Translations under genes and position numbers: made by a program | Shown: in pieces, positions 18,481 to 26,054 of the stretch | Position numbering within the stretch: the stretch's first letter is position 1 | Layout: every line of letters begins with the position of its first letter | Notes under the pieces: model-generated | Told to the model about the DNA's origin: nothing | Database searches by the model: none | The model's input: the letters and a program-made list of their open reading frames with translations, nothing else | IMG/VR virus record: IMGVR_UViG_3300030102_003788 | Coordinates: 1 to 56,431 of that record | Direction: 5' to 3' (one strand) | From: a virus | Taxonomy: Duplodnaviria > Caudoviricetes | Length of the DNA: 56,431 bases

Positions 18481-19040
18481 TTAGCAGTTGACATTAATTC
18501 TTTTTTGTTTTCCGCTGTTAATTTATATTTAGCTTCAATAGCATCAATACTACCTCCAGCTACTAAATAATCTTTAGCTTGAGCTAATTGTTGTTTTGTA
18601 ATAGATGGTTTTGCAGCTTGTTTTATTTTGCTTACAGCATTAGACTTACCGTGGTCATTAGTAGCATCGCTGTCCGCTGTGTCGTCAATTAAGAATAAAT
18701 TACCTAACGCATACTTCTTACCATAAGATGATGCAGCACCAAATTGTTGTGCTGTTTGCATACCTTTTTGATTTAAGTCTACACCGACTACGGCAGTAGC
18801 ATTTATACTGTCTTTACCATCTGATATTGTTGCTGTTGATTTGATTGTTGGAACAGGGTCAGTCATTATTAGTTCTTCATTAATTGTAACTGTAACGCCA
18901 TGTTTCAATAAGAAAGGCTTTGTTGCCTCTAAAATGTCTTCGGCTTTTCTAAAATGATATTTACCGAATGAGTTGTAACTCGATTTTTTAGCTTTTAATT
19001 CAGTCTGAATTGTAGCTAGCTTTTGGTTTAATTCTTTCAT
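18477..19040 (-). CDS. ERF-family single-strand annealing protein
   Basis: YNSFGKY...EDIL and QQFGAASSYGKKYALGNLFLIDD..D.D ERF signature; paired with the exonuclease. Confidence 0.82.
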   Translation of the reverse strand: MKELNQKLATIQTELKAKKSSYNSFGKYHFRKAEDILEATKPFLLKHGVTVTINEELIMTDPVPTIKSTATISDGKDSINATAVVGVDLNQKGMQTAQQFGAASSYGKKYALGNLFLIDDTADSDATNDHGKSNAVSKIKQAAKPSITKQQLAQAKDYLVAGGSIDAIEAKYKLTAENKKELMSTAK

Positions 19041-19063
19041 ATTTTGGTGTTTTGGTGTATATA

Positions 19064-19092
19064 TATTATTACACGTTTTTTATTTAATTTAC
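19064..19092 (-). promoter_or_regulatory. Class-2 promoter-like motif
   Basis: - strand GTAAA-ttaaataaaaaacgt-GTAATAATA upstream of the ERF gene. Confidence 0.5.
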
Positions 19093-19101
19093 ATTAGTAA
19101 C

Positions 19102-19860
19102 TTACAGAAAGTCAAGCACTTGCGAGTGATCTACGTTTTCTATTAATTTGTCTACAGCTTGCTTTTTTAGCTGTGAAACACGTACATAAGCACTGCTGCC
19201 TTCTATACCTAAATGCTTAGCTATTTTAGCAGCTGATTGTTTATCACAATCAAGACCATAACTCATTCTTAATACTTCATATTCTTTCATCGTTAAATGT
19301 TGTTTTAGCAAAGATGTTAAATATGCATTCATCATCTCTATGTTGTATGGTTCTGTTTCGTCAGGTATTTCATAAACAGAGTTATCATCTTGATTTAAAT
19401 CAGAATCAATACTTAAAAATATACTGTTAAAAAACATAGCAACAGTCTTTTTATCTTTGCCAAAGCTTTTTCTTATTTCGTTAAGTTTATGTTCTGGTAT
19501 TCTTATGCTACCTCTATTTATATCTATACCTCTGCGTATAGCACCTTTAATACGTTTTGAAAAGAAAGACTTTAATGTTTTTTCTTGATCATCAGACTCT
19601 AATAATCTTTCCATATCTAATCTTTGCACAGCTTTTACTAAGCCAAAGCTACCTTCTTGTATTAAGTCTAATATACTCATAACGCCACTAGCCTGTTGTG
19701 ATGTTGCAAACTTTCTAGCTATGTTTTCTACTAAAGGTAAAAATTTTATTTCTAATTCTTTTTTTGTATATTCATGCCATTGTTTTTTAGGCAGTCGTTT
19801 AACTGATTTTTCTACATCATTTTTGTATCTAATATAGTTTTGTATATTATAATATTTCAT
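19102..19860 (-). CDS. Phage-encoded sigma-70-family RNA polymerase sigma factor
   Basis: Region 2 (LPLVENIARKF, DLIQEG..GLVKAV), IRIPEH, and region 4 HTH (EVLRMSYGL...IAKHLGI...VSQLKKQAVDKL). Confidence 0.88.
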   Translation of the reverse strand: MKYYNIQNYIRYKNDVEKSVKRLPKKQWHEYTKKELEIKFLPLVENIARKFATSQQASGVMSILDLIQEGSFGLVKAVQRLDMERLLESDDQEKTLKSFFSKRIKGAIRRGIDINRGSIRIPEHKLNEIRKSFGKDKKTVAMFFNSIFLSIDSDLNQDDNSVYEIPDETEPYNIEMMNAYLTSLLKQHLTMKEYEVLRMSYGLDCDKQSAAKIAKHLGIEGSSAYVRVSQLKKQAVDKLIENVDHSQVLDFL

Positions 19861-20477
19861 AGTTGTTTATTTAATAATTCTTTTTCTCTTTTTAGTTGTT
19901 CACACATATTTCTATGTATAGTTCTGCTTGCACATTTTAATAGTTTAGCTAATTTTGCTATAGTAATTTTTTCATTGTTGTTATTTATTTCTAGCATACA
20001 ACTATAAATGTCATCTTCAGTAATACGTTTACTTCTACCTATTAGTTCACCTACAATACGTAATTTTTCTTCTTTACTAATTAATGTGTTAGGTTTAAAT
20101 ATAACTTTACGTAATTTATTTTTAGGTGGTTCATCTAAATCTAACATGCTAACTTCATATACTATTTTACGTAATAACTCATCATGTATAGCAAAGCTAA
20201 TAAAATTATTTGACTTATTACATATAATTTCAGCTAATTTTATAAACATGTCTTGATCAAGTTTAGGATTTAAATACCACAAAACTAATAAATGCCATTT
20301 TAATGATTTATATGTAGTTATTTTTGCTTTACTTCTAAATAATTCATAACACTCATGTGTACCATTTAAATAAAACATATACACTTCATTATCTATATCT
20401 GGTATATCATTTATTGGGTGTCTACGGTAAACGATGCGATTATCATTTAAGTATTTTAAGTTTCTGTTTTGTGACAT
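19857..20477 (-). CDS. Hypothetical protein with C-terminal helix-turn-helix
   Basis: ITIAKLAKLLKCASRTIHRNM HTH pattern. Confidence 0.6.
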   Translation of the reverse strand: MSQNRNLKYLNDNRIVYRRHPINDIPDIDNEVYMFYLNGTHECYELFRSKAKITTYKSLKWHLLVLWYLNPKLDQDMFIKLAEIICNKSNNFISFAIHDELLRKIVYEVSMLDLDEPPKNKLRKVIFKPNTLISKEEKLRIVGELIGRSKRITEDDIYSCMLEINNNNEKITIAKLAKLLKCASRTIHRNMCEQLKREKELLNKQL

Positions 20478-20515
20478 TAGCCTATTACTCTTTATATTTA
20501 GGGGCTGTTGTCACA
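20470..20515. promoter_or_regulatory. Palindromic element TGTGACA-N32-TGTCACA (copy 1)
   Basis: Overlaps the start codon of the HTH gene; shares TGTGACAT(T/A)AGCCTATTA with the copy at 26001. Confidence 0.55.
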
Positions 20516-20628
20516 GTCCCCTCTGGTTTTAATGTTTTTAAAATAATTATTGTTCTATCAGTATAATCAATGTTACCATATTTTTTATCATTCCATTGTT
20601 TTATTCTATTTATTAGGTCTTTGCTCAT
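20485..20628 (-). CDS. Hypothetical 47-aa protein (not in ORF track)
   Basis: MSKDLINRIKQWNDKKYG...KYKE*; fills the gap. Confidence 0.4.
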   Translation of the reverse strand: MSKDLINRIKQWNDKKYGNIDYTDRTIIILKTLKPEGTVTTAPKYKE

Positions 20629-21091
20629 ATATTTTTTCGGTTTTAGGGTTTGCTACTATGTGTTTTTCGCCTATATAATAATTCCAATAAGCTTGTATAC
20701 TACATTCATCTTTATATTTATCTGGCATAGCTTGTGGTGGTTGACACCAATCATCACCTTGAATATGTCTAGGTGGTATAGCTAAAAAGTCTTTACATTT
20801 AGTTATGCTTAAATGTGTTTTACCATATCGTTTTGTATACTCATTACCTAAAGCCATCATATGATTGTATAACCACATGTATGTAGACTTTGAACGTCTA
20901 GTCCATACTGTTGACGGATGGTTTAAATGAGCTTGTTTGTACGGTACATTTTCTACTTGATATTTATCACCATAACAATGATGAGCTGTACATAACATCT
21001 GAGCTGACTCCAGTATCATTTTAACTACATGTTTATTGTATTGTACTTGTGCTGCTTTTACAGGGCATTTATCTAAATAAAATATATTCAT
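20606..21091 (-). CDS. Pyrimidine-dimer DNA glycosylase (DenV/Pyr_excise)-related protein
   Basis: MNIFYLD...KHVVKMILESAQML...H.NHP...EY..RYGK.H...PQAMP pattern. Confidence 0.7.
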   Translation of the reverse strand: MNIFYLDKCPVKAAQVQYNKHVVKMILESAQMLCTAHHCYGDKYQVENVPYKQAHLNHPSTVWTRRSKSTYMWLYNHMMALGNEYTKRYGKTHLSITKCKDFLAIPPRHIQGDDWCQPPQAMPDKYKDECSIQAYWNYYIGEKHIVANPKTEKIYEQRPNK

Positions 21092-21192
21092 AATTGTTGT
21101 TTAGCCATTTTTTCTAATATCTTTACTAGTTTAGTTAAAGCTTTAGTTAAGTCGCTAATGTCCTTATACATTTGTTGTTGATTTCTATTCAT
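21088..21192 (-). CDS. Hypothetical 34-aa protein (not in ORF track)
   Basis: MNRNQQQMYKDISDLTKALTKLVKILEKMAKQQL*; ATGA-coupled to the downstream gene. Confidence 0.45.
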   Translation of the reverse strand: MNRNQQQMYKDISDLTKALTKLVKILEKMAKQQL

Positions 21193-22021
21193 AATCTCTA
21201 ATACATTTAAATAATGGGTGTCTGTAGCTATTTGCTTTTGTACGTTCGAAGTATGTAAACGTAGCTATTTTACCTACATAACCTTGCATTTTTTTGAAGT
21301 TGTCTTGTAAATACTTGAACTTATTCATAACAGGCATGCCGAATAAATTACCATCTTCATCTTGTGCCATAAACTTACCGATAGTACCTTTACGCTTACC
21401 AACGCCTTCAACCCAGCCAACAATAAGAGCTTCGGCATCACTGAAGTCTTTGAACTTACGTAAGTTATGCGAACGTTTACAAGCGTATGTATCATTAGTA
21501 CGTAATATAGAGCCTTCGTAGCCGTTATCTAAGTTTCTTCTGTGATATACTTTAGCATCATCATCTCTAAATATTAGATTAGTTGGCACGTGTTTAATAC
21601 AGTGATTACGTGGTACAGCCTGCTCAATAAAAGCATTACGTTCTTCAAACGTTTTAGTTTCATCAATTATATCATAACAATGAAATTGTACCATATCGGC
21701 TGATTCTAGCATGTCTATATCATCTGGTTTTTGTTTTCTGACTAAAGATATTATCTTTTCAAAATTGTCTTTTAAATCGTGATTATACAGTTCGCCGTCA
21801 AGTATAACATCAGGATTAAGAGCAAACCAAGGTTTAAGATTAAATAGTATATGGTCAATATTTTTCCACTCTTTACCTGTGCGTGAGTATGCGGTTACCT
21901 TGCTATTGTCATATTGTATAAGGCATCTAACACCATCAAGTTTTGGCTGCATAAATACTTTATCATCATAATTAATTGGTTTGTCGCTTACTGGATAAGC
22001 TAGCATTGGTTTTTTTCTCAT
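21185..22021 (-). CDS. ATP-dependent DNA ligase
   Basis: QPKLDGVRC (KxDG), LDGELY, YDII, EGSILR and KFK motifs. Confidence 0.92.
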   Translation of the reverse strand: MRKKPMLAYPVSDKPINYDDKVFMQPKLDGVRCLIQYDNSKVTAYSRTGKEWKNIDHILFNLKPWFALNPDVILDGELYNHDLKDNFEKIISLVRKQKPDDIDMLESADMVQFHCYDIIDETKTFEERNAFIEQAVPRNHCIKHVPTNLIFRDDDAKVYHRRNLDNGYEGSILRTNDTYACKRSHNLRKFKDFSDAEALIVGWVEGVGKRKGTIGKFMAQDEDGNLFGMPVMNKFKYLQDNFKKMQGYVGKIATFTYFERTKANSYRHPLFKCIRDYE

Positions 22022-22362
22022 TTGTTATGTTTTTTTAGTATTTTATTTATTATGTCCATTCGTTGTTTTATAATAGCACATTTTTCATATGACTCATCTT
22101 CTTTAAATAAGTTCATAAGTGTCATAAGCTTTGCAGCTTCACCTAAAGCTTCTTCTTCTTCGGTTAGCTCAAGATCTTCATAAGCCGTGGACCAAGCTAT
22201 GTCAGACTTGGCCACGTGGTGAAACCAGTCTTCCATAGACTTAAGTTTTACCATACGACTTACGATCTTGATTGCCAATGTGTTAAGACCTTCTTCACCA
22301 ACTTTAAGGTCATTTATTTTGTCTAATATTTGTTTGTTTGTTACACGTTTATTATCCGTCAT
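22018..22362 (-). CDS. Hypothetical protein
   Basis: 114-aa ORF; C-terminal E.YEKCA helix-hairpin (UVR-like). Confidence 0.6.
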   Translation of the reverse strand: MTDNKRVTNKQILDKINDLKVGEEGLNTLAIKIVSRMVKLKSMEDWFHHVAKSDIAWSTAYEDLELTEEEEALGEAAKLMTLMNLFKEDESYEKCAIIKQRMDIINKILKKHNK

Positions 22363-22381
22363 TGTTCGTATTTTGTTTGTA
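22350..22381 (-). promoter_or_regulatory. Class-1 motif copy
   Basis: TATTATCC-gtcattgt-TCGTATTT-tgtttgta. Confidence 0.65.
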
Positions 22382-22723
22382 TTTTTTAATAAGTTGTTGT
22401 GGTGTACCTACAAAGATACATTTATCTGATTTAGTTAAGTCTTCATTATATGTTTCATGAAATATACTAATCCACGTATCTTTCATTGGGTGTTGCCAAA
22501 CGTAGTATACGTACTCTAAATCGCTGTGTTTAGCTGTTAATGTTTCTATTTCCCAACCGTTTATTTTTTTGTATTTAGTAAGTGAATTAGCTATATCTAT
22601 ACCTAGTCCTTCTGGATAACCATCCCAGTGGCAATAAAACTGTGCGTTTATTACTCTTGGGTGGTCATTAAATGATACACCAGCTTCTCTTGTTGCAAAT
22701 CTAATCTGTGCTCTTGTAGCCAT
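22352..22723 (-). CDS. Conserved phage hypothetical protein (Y.H.DGYP..LG motif)
   Basis: MATRA...YCHWDGYPEGLG...EYVY pattern common in phage early genes. Confidence 0.7.
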   Translation of the reverse strand: MATRAQIRFATREAGVSFNDHPRVINAQFYCHWDGYPEGLGIDIANSLTKYKKINGWEIETLTAKHSDLEYVYYVWQHPMKDTWISIFHETYNEDLTKSDKCIFVGTPQQLIKKYKQNTNNDG

Positions 22724-22991
22724 AATATTTTGATTTTAATTGTTCAATAATTGCTCTACCTGTTCTTGTATGAAAACCATAGCTATGTGTAAACATACCT
22801 TTAATTGGGTCGTTAAAGAATAACAACCTCATATAGTCTAATGGTTCAGCTGCTTTTGCAAAGTCAGTATCAGCATACTCACTTGCCATGTCATTACACG
22901 CAGCAGCGATAGCCTTAGGACAATGTATAAAGTCGTCTGACGTTCTATAAGACATATAGTCTCGTACTTTTTTACTCGTTAGTTTTTTCAT
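22701..22991 (-). CDS. Hypothetical early protein
   Basis: 96-aa ORF in a packed operon. Confidence 0.55.
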   Translation of the reverse strand: MKKLTSKKVRDYMSYRTSDDFIHCPKAIAAACNDMASEYADTDFAKAAEPLDYMRLLFFNDPIKGMFTHSYGFHTRTGRAIIEQLKSKYYGYKSTD

Positions 22992-23316
22992 CTTGTATTA
23001 TTTTAAATTGTTTTGCAATATTCATTGTTATAGCTTCTGATATATCATAAGAATCAGTAAAAGTTAACTCGCTGAGTTCTAACTTGTTATCGTAGTCAAT
23101 ATTAAATTCATAATCAAACATACCACAGTCAAACTGATAATCTTCTAACGCTGAGTTTACCGCTTGGTCAATTACTTCTAATGTAGTGTTAGATATAACT
23201 GGTTTGTTAACATCTTCTAGCTCTCGTTGTTTGTCTTTTAGTTCCATATTAAGACTACTTATTTTATCTTGCAAGCCTTTTACTGTAGCTTCTAACAGTT
23301 CTTTTGTTTCTGACAT
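22972..23316 (-). CDS. Hypothetical acidic protein with N-terminal coiled coil
   Basis: 114-aa ORF downstream of a class-1 motif. Confidence 0.65.
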   Translation of the reverse strand: MSETKELLEATVKGLQDKISSLNMELKDKQRELEDVNKPVISNTTLEVIDQAVNSALEDYQFDCGMFDYEFNIDYDNKLELSELTFTDSYDISEAITMNIAKQFKIIQDEKTNE

Positions 23317-23338
23317 TTTATTTTATTTTTGTTATTAT

Positions 23339-23370
23339 TATTATCCGACTTTATTCGTATTTGTTTTGTA
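23339..23370 (-). promoter_or_regulatory. Class-1 motif copy
   Basis: TATTATCC-gactttat-TCGTATTT-gttttgta. Confidence 0.72.
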
Positions 23371-23443
23371 ATTTGTTTTTGTTCGTATAACTCTATGTTT
23401 CTTAATAGTTTTTCGTCTTGTCCTAATCTTCTTTTAAATAATC

Positions 23444-23794
23444 TCATTGTAATTCATTTGCTTGTTTAATATAATAGTTTTTAAGACAATAGCGTATTAA
23501 ATATTCTAATCTGTCTTGTTCTCTTGGTATTAGTATACGCTCTTTAGTATCAAACTCATGTACTTTACCATTTCCATATTGATAATAGCGTTTACTCATT
23601 TTAGTTTTGTTTAGTTGATAATTACTGTAGCCACAATTATTATTTCTAACATAACCTGACTTGAATGAAGCAACTTCGATAAACTTACCCCACCTTTTGA
23701 TTGGTAATTTCCAAGTGACTGTACCATTTTTCTTTTGTCTTGGCGTTGTAACATCTTGAATACCAAGTAGTTGTATTGTTTCTTTTATATTCAT
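23444..23794 (-). CDS. Hypothetical basic early protein
   Basis: 116-aa ORF. Confidence 0.6.
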   Translation of the reverse strand: MNIKETIQLLGIQDVTTPRQKKNGTVTWKLPIKRWGKFIEVASFKSGYVRNNNCGYSNYQLNKTKMSKRYYQYGNGKVHEFDTKERILIPREQDRLEYLIRYCLKNYYIKQANELQ

Positions 23795-23795
23795 A

Positions 23796-23960
23796 TTATT
23801 CTGTTATTATTTCATTATTATCATGTATCATCCACTCGCAGTTTGATAGTCTGTGACCTTCTTCTGTTAAATACTTTTCGTAGTCAGTATCTGAAAAGTC
23901 CCACACTTTATATTGGTAAACTCTACCTGTTTCAAAATTTAGCACTGTTATATATTTCAT
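23796..23960 (-). CDS. Hypothetical 54-aa protein (not in ORF track)
   Basis: MKYITVLNFETGRVYQY...NCEWM...ITE*; directly downstream of a class-1 motif. Confidence 0.6.
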   Translation of the reverse strand: MKYITVLNFETGRVYQYKVWDFSDTDYEKYLTEEGHRLSNCEWMIHDNNEIITE

Positions 23961-23965
23961 ATTGT

Positions 23966-23997
23966 TATTATCTATTAGTGTTCGTATTTATTTTGTT
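23966..23997 (-). promoter_or_regulatory. Class-1 motif copy (degenerate)
   Basis: TATTATCT-attagtgt-TCGTATTT-attttgtt. Confidence 0.62.
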
Positions 23998-23998
23998 A

Positions 23999-24056
23999 TG
24001 GTGTATAAGTGCCGTTCGAAGCGGGCGCCTTACAGCTCTTACTAGTACACTTATAC
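23999..24056 (-). ncRNA. Candidate miniature tRNA-like RNA
   Basis: - strand: GTATAAGTG...CCG-CTTCGAA-CGG-CACTTATAC-A-CCA, i.e. a 9-bp terminal stem, a T-loop-like hairpin and a 3' ACCA. Confidence 0.35.
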
Positions 24057-24268
24057 TAACCTAACATTGTACCATAACCTCTACGCTGAGTCAATTTAGC
24101 GATACGCGCAGCGTCACTGCTTGACATAATCTGTATGGAATTACCGGTTTTGTGGTTGATTAGTGGTGCGCAACCGTATGCTTCGGTCGTGGAGCAGTTT
24201 ACGCACACTTTGTAACCTAAATCGACTCTGCCTTGAGGTATTATATTATTGCATTTTACACACTTCAT
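24056..24268 (-). CDS. DksA/TraR-like C4 zinc-finger protein
   Basis: CVKCNNIIPQGR...CVNC. Confidence 0.6.
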   Translation of the reverse strand: MKCVKCNNIIPQGRVDLGYKVCVNCSTTEAYGCAPLINHKTGNSIQIMSSSDAARIAKLTQRRGYGTMLG

Positions 24269-24269
24269 A

Positions 24270-24446
24270 TTATTCAGCTATATAAGTTAGACCTTTATAG
24301 TTAAACCAGCTAGTAACTTCATCTGTGCCAAATTTAGTATCAGCAAGAGAGCAAATGGTATATGGTTTGTAGGTAATACCATTTAGTTGGATTTTTTGTA
24401 AGCCAGTAGTTATGTTTGGTTTTAAGAATTTAATTGTGTTTTGCAT
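24270..24446 (-). CDS. Hypothetical 58-aa protein (not in ORF track)
   Basis: MQNTIKFLKP...WFNYKGLTYIAE*; downstream of a class-1 motif. Confidence 0.6.
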   Translation of the reverse strand: MQNTIKFLKPNITTGLQKIQLNGITYKPYTICSLADTKFGTDEVTSWFNYKGLTYIAE

Positions 24447-24475
24447 AGTATATAATTTTATTTGTTTAACATTTA

Positions 24476-24507
24476 TATTATCCGACTCGCGTCGTATTTA
24501 GTTTGTA
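24476..24507 (-). promoter_or_regulatory. Class-1 motif copy
   Basis: TATTATCC-gactcgcg-TCGTATTT-agtttgta. Confidence 0.72.
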
Positions 24508-24508
24508 A

Positions 24509-24775
24509 TTAGTCTATCTCGTCACAGTTCTCGCACCAAGAATCTATTGGTTGAGGTAACATACTTAACAATAAATTTACATAGTAATTACCTTTATTGT
24601 GAGTTATGTAGCCATAGTACATATCATATTGTATGTCTTCTATTAAGTTTAGTATTTGAAACTTTAACTCAGCTCTTTCTCTTTTGTCTACTGATACTTT
24701 TGTAGTATCACCTGTGTTTGCATAAGTTGTACACGCTAGTAGCATAGTAGCTACACATAATTTAATTTTCTTCAT
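24509..24775 (-). CDS. Hypothetical exported protein
   Basis: Signal-peptide-like N-terminus MKKIKLCVATMLLACTTYA; C-terminal CENC. Confidence 0.6.
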   Translation of the reverse strand: MKKIKLCVATMLLACTTYANTGDTTKVSVDKRERAELKFQILNLIEDIQYDMYYGYITHNKGNYYVNLLLSMLPQPIDSWCENCDEID

Positions 24776-24792
24776 ATTATTTTATTTAATTA

Positions 24793-25041
24793 TTAATCTA
24801 AACTTGGTTCTATACCATTTTCTTTGTCTATTTCTATACAGTTAGCAATAGCGTCAGCTAGTAAATCTTGTGATTTTTGACTATTAAACCAGTCTTCTTT
24901 TTCCCACACATAGTAAATCCAGTCATTTGCTTTGTCTGCTGTTTCAAAGTAATTATCATACTCATTGCCATAACTATCAGTTACTTTTGCGTGGTATAAC
25001 TCACCTTGTCTTCTTGTTATGCTAAAATTTCTTTTTGTCAT
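24793..25041 (-). CDS. Hypothetical early protein
   Basis: 82-aa ORF downstream of a class-1 motif. Confidence 0.65.
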   Translation of the reverse strand: MTKRNFSITRRQGELYHAKVTDSYGNEYDNYFETADKANDWIYYVWEKEDWFNSQKSQDLLADAIANCIEIDKENGIEPSLD

Positions 25042-25062
25042 ATTATATATTATTTACATTAT

Positions 25063-25094
25063 TATTATCCGACTATTGTCGTATTTACATTGTA
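25063..25094 (-). promoter_or_regulatory. Class-1 motif copy
   Basis: TATTATCC-gactattg-TCGTATTT-acattgta. Confidence 0.72.
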
Positions 25095-25096
25095 TT

Positions 25097-25240
25097 TGTG
25101 GTAGTGTGGGACTTGAACCCACTCGATTATTCGGCCGCCTTTCTACCGTACTTGTTCGCATTTTTTATAAGTCGCTAAACAACGTGGAACTACGACTCTG
25201 CCCACTACACGCTAATCTGTACTTCACGTGTAGTTACTAC
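25097..25240 (-). ncRNA. Candidate structured RNA ending in a tRNA-like T-arm
   Basis: - strand hairpins ACTACACG/CGTGTAGT and AGTCG/CGACT, then GGTAG...GTGGG-TTCAAGT-CCCAC-A-CTACC-A. GC-richer than the flanks, with no credible ORF. Confidence 0.4.
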
Positions 25241-25252
25241 TGACATGTTTTA

Positions 25253-25498
25253 CTACTCAGTAATTGTTTGTAAATTTCTACAGAAACTTGGTACACAATT
25301 TGAGTTAGTGTATGACTTGTACTTCTGAAAACAGTTCATACTTTCAAATCTTTCTTTGTGAGTATTATATACTTCATCATGATTATATGATACATTTTCT
25401 TGTTTTTTGTTTACAAAAGTTATTATTGTATTTTTACCGATTAATGATTTTCTGATTACAAATCTTTTAGTTGTTAGTGTGTTAGTTAAGTTTGACAT
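25253..25498 (-). CDS. Hypothetical early protein
   Basis: 81-aa ORF downstream of a class-1 motif. Confidence 0.65.
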   Translation of the reverse strand: MSNLTNTLTTKRFVIRKSLIGKNTIITFVNKKQENVSYNHDEVYNTHKERFESMNCFQKYKSYTNSNCVPSFCRNLQTITE

Positions 25499-25533
25499 AG
25501 TTTATTTATTTATTTAATTATTATTTACATTTA

Positions 25534-25565
25534 TATTATCCAGTTGACTTCGTATTTACATTGTA
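25534..25565 (-). promoter_or_regulatory. Class-1 motif copy
   Basis: TATTATCC-agttgact-TCGTATTT-acattgta. Confidence 0.72.
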
Positions 25566-25621
25566 AAAGTATATTGTTTGTTTATTATATAATTTACTAT
25601 TGTATGTACTGCGCTGCGTTT

Positions 25622-25750
25622 CTATATGTGCGAATTATAAAATTCATTATTTTCTTTTTTAGTTTTGAATTTAAATACTTTTACTATATTACTTTTAGTA
25701 GTTATTATAGTAGTATAGTCAGTTTGCTTAATTGATTTTATTATTGACAT
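25622..25750 (-). CDS. Hypothetical 42-aa protein (not in ORF track)
   Basis: MSIIKSIKQ...YNSHI*; leader nearly identical to that of the 25498 gene. Confidence 0.45.
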   Translation of the reverse strand: MSIIKSIKQTDYTTIITTKSNIVKVFKFKTKKENNEFYNSHI

Positions 25751-25777
25751 AGTTATTTATTTTATTTATTACATATA

Positions 25778-25809
25778 TATTATCCAAATGCGTTCGTATT
25801 TACTATGTA
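25778..25809 (-). promoter_or_regulatory. Class-1 motif copy
   Basis: TATTATCC-aaatgcgt-TCGTATTT-actatgta. Confidence 0.7.
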
Positions 25810-25859
25810 GAAAAAAGCTAAAATGTTTTGAGTAAGTGCAATTTGTAATTACAACGAAA

Positions 25860-25891
25860 TACAAAGTAAAAACGAATAAAAATGGATAATA
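25860..25891 (+). promoter_or_regulatory. Class-1 motif copy in the opposite (rightward) orientation
   Basis: TACAAAGT-AAAAACGA-ataaaaat-GGATAATA; one mismatch in the AAATACGA box. Confidence 0.55.
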
Positions 25892-25939
25892 ATTATGAAA
25901 AACGATGGCGAGCTGGCGTTTACAAGTGCGTTTTAAGCT

Positions 25940-25967
25940 TAGGGGGGCCGGCCTAGGGGTAGGGGGC
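25940..25967. other. G-rich island with GGCCGGCC palindrome at the strand-switch region
   Basis: TAGGGGGGCCGGCCTAGGGGTAGGGGGC in otherwise very AT-rich DNA. Confidence 0.6.
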
Positions 25968-26000
25968 AACACCACGCTCCAATATTTATAATGTTTTTTT

Positions 26001-26048
26001 TGTGACATAAGCCTATTAATAAACCCTTAGTAACAGGCAAGTGTCACA
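26001..26048. promoter_or_regulatory. Palindromic element TGTGACA-N34-TGTCACA (copy 2)
   Basis: TGTGACATAAGCCTATTA...AGGCAAG-TGTCACA; matches the copy at 20470. Confidence 0.55.
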
Positions 26049-26054
26049 CTTTAC

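Noticed and set aside
25097-25150. Canonical tRNA gene
   Set aside because: The T-arm is present but there is no proper D-arm, anticodon arm or 7-bp acceptor stem; kept only as a tRNA-like candidate.
22350-25891. Repeated motif read as a CRISPR array or integron attC/lox-type sites
   Set aside because: Copies are separated by hundreds of bp of genes, the two boxes are not inverted repeats of each other, and no cas or integrase gene is visible. The TTCGTAT resemblance to loxP is judged coincidental.
25769-26008. 79-aa minus-strand ORF (MSQKKHYK...)
   Set aside because: It runs through the palindrome, G-tract and two class-1 motifs and has atypical composition; probably spurious.
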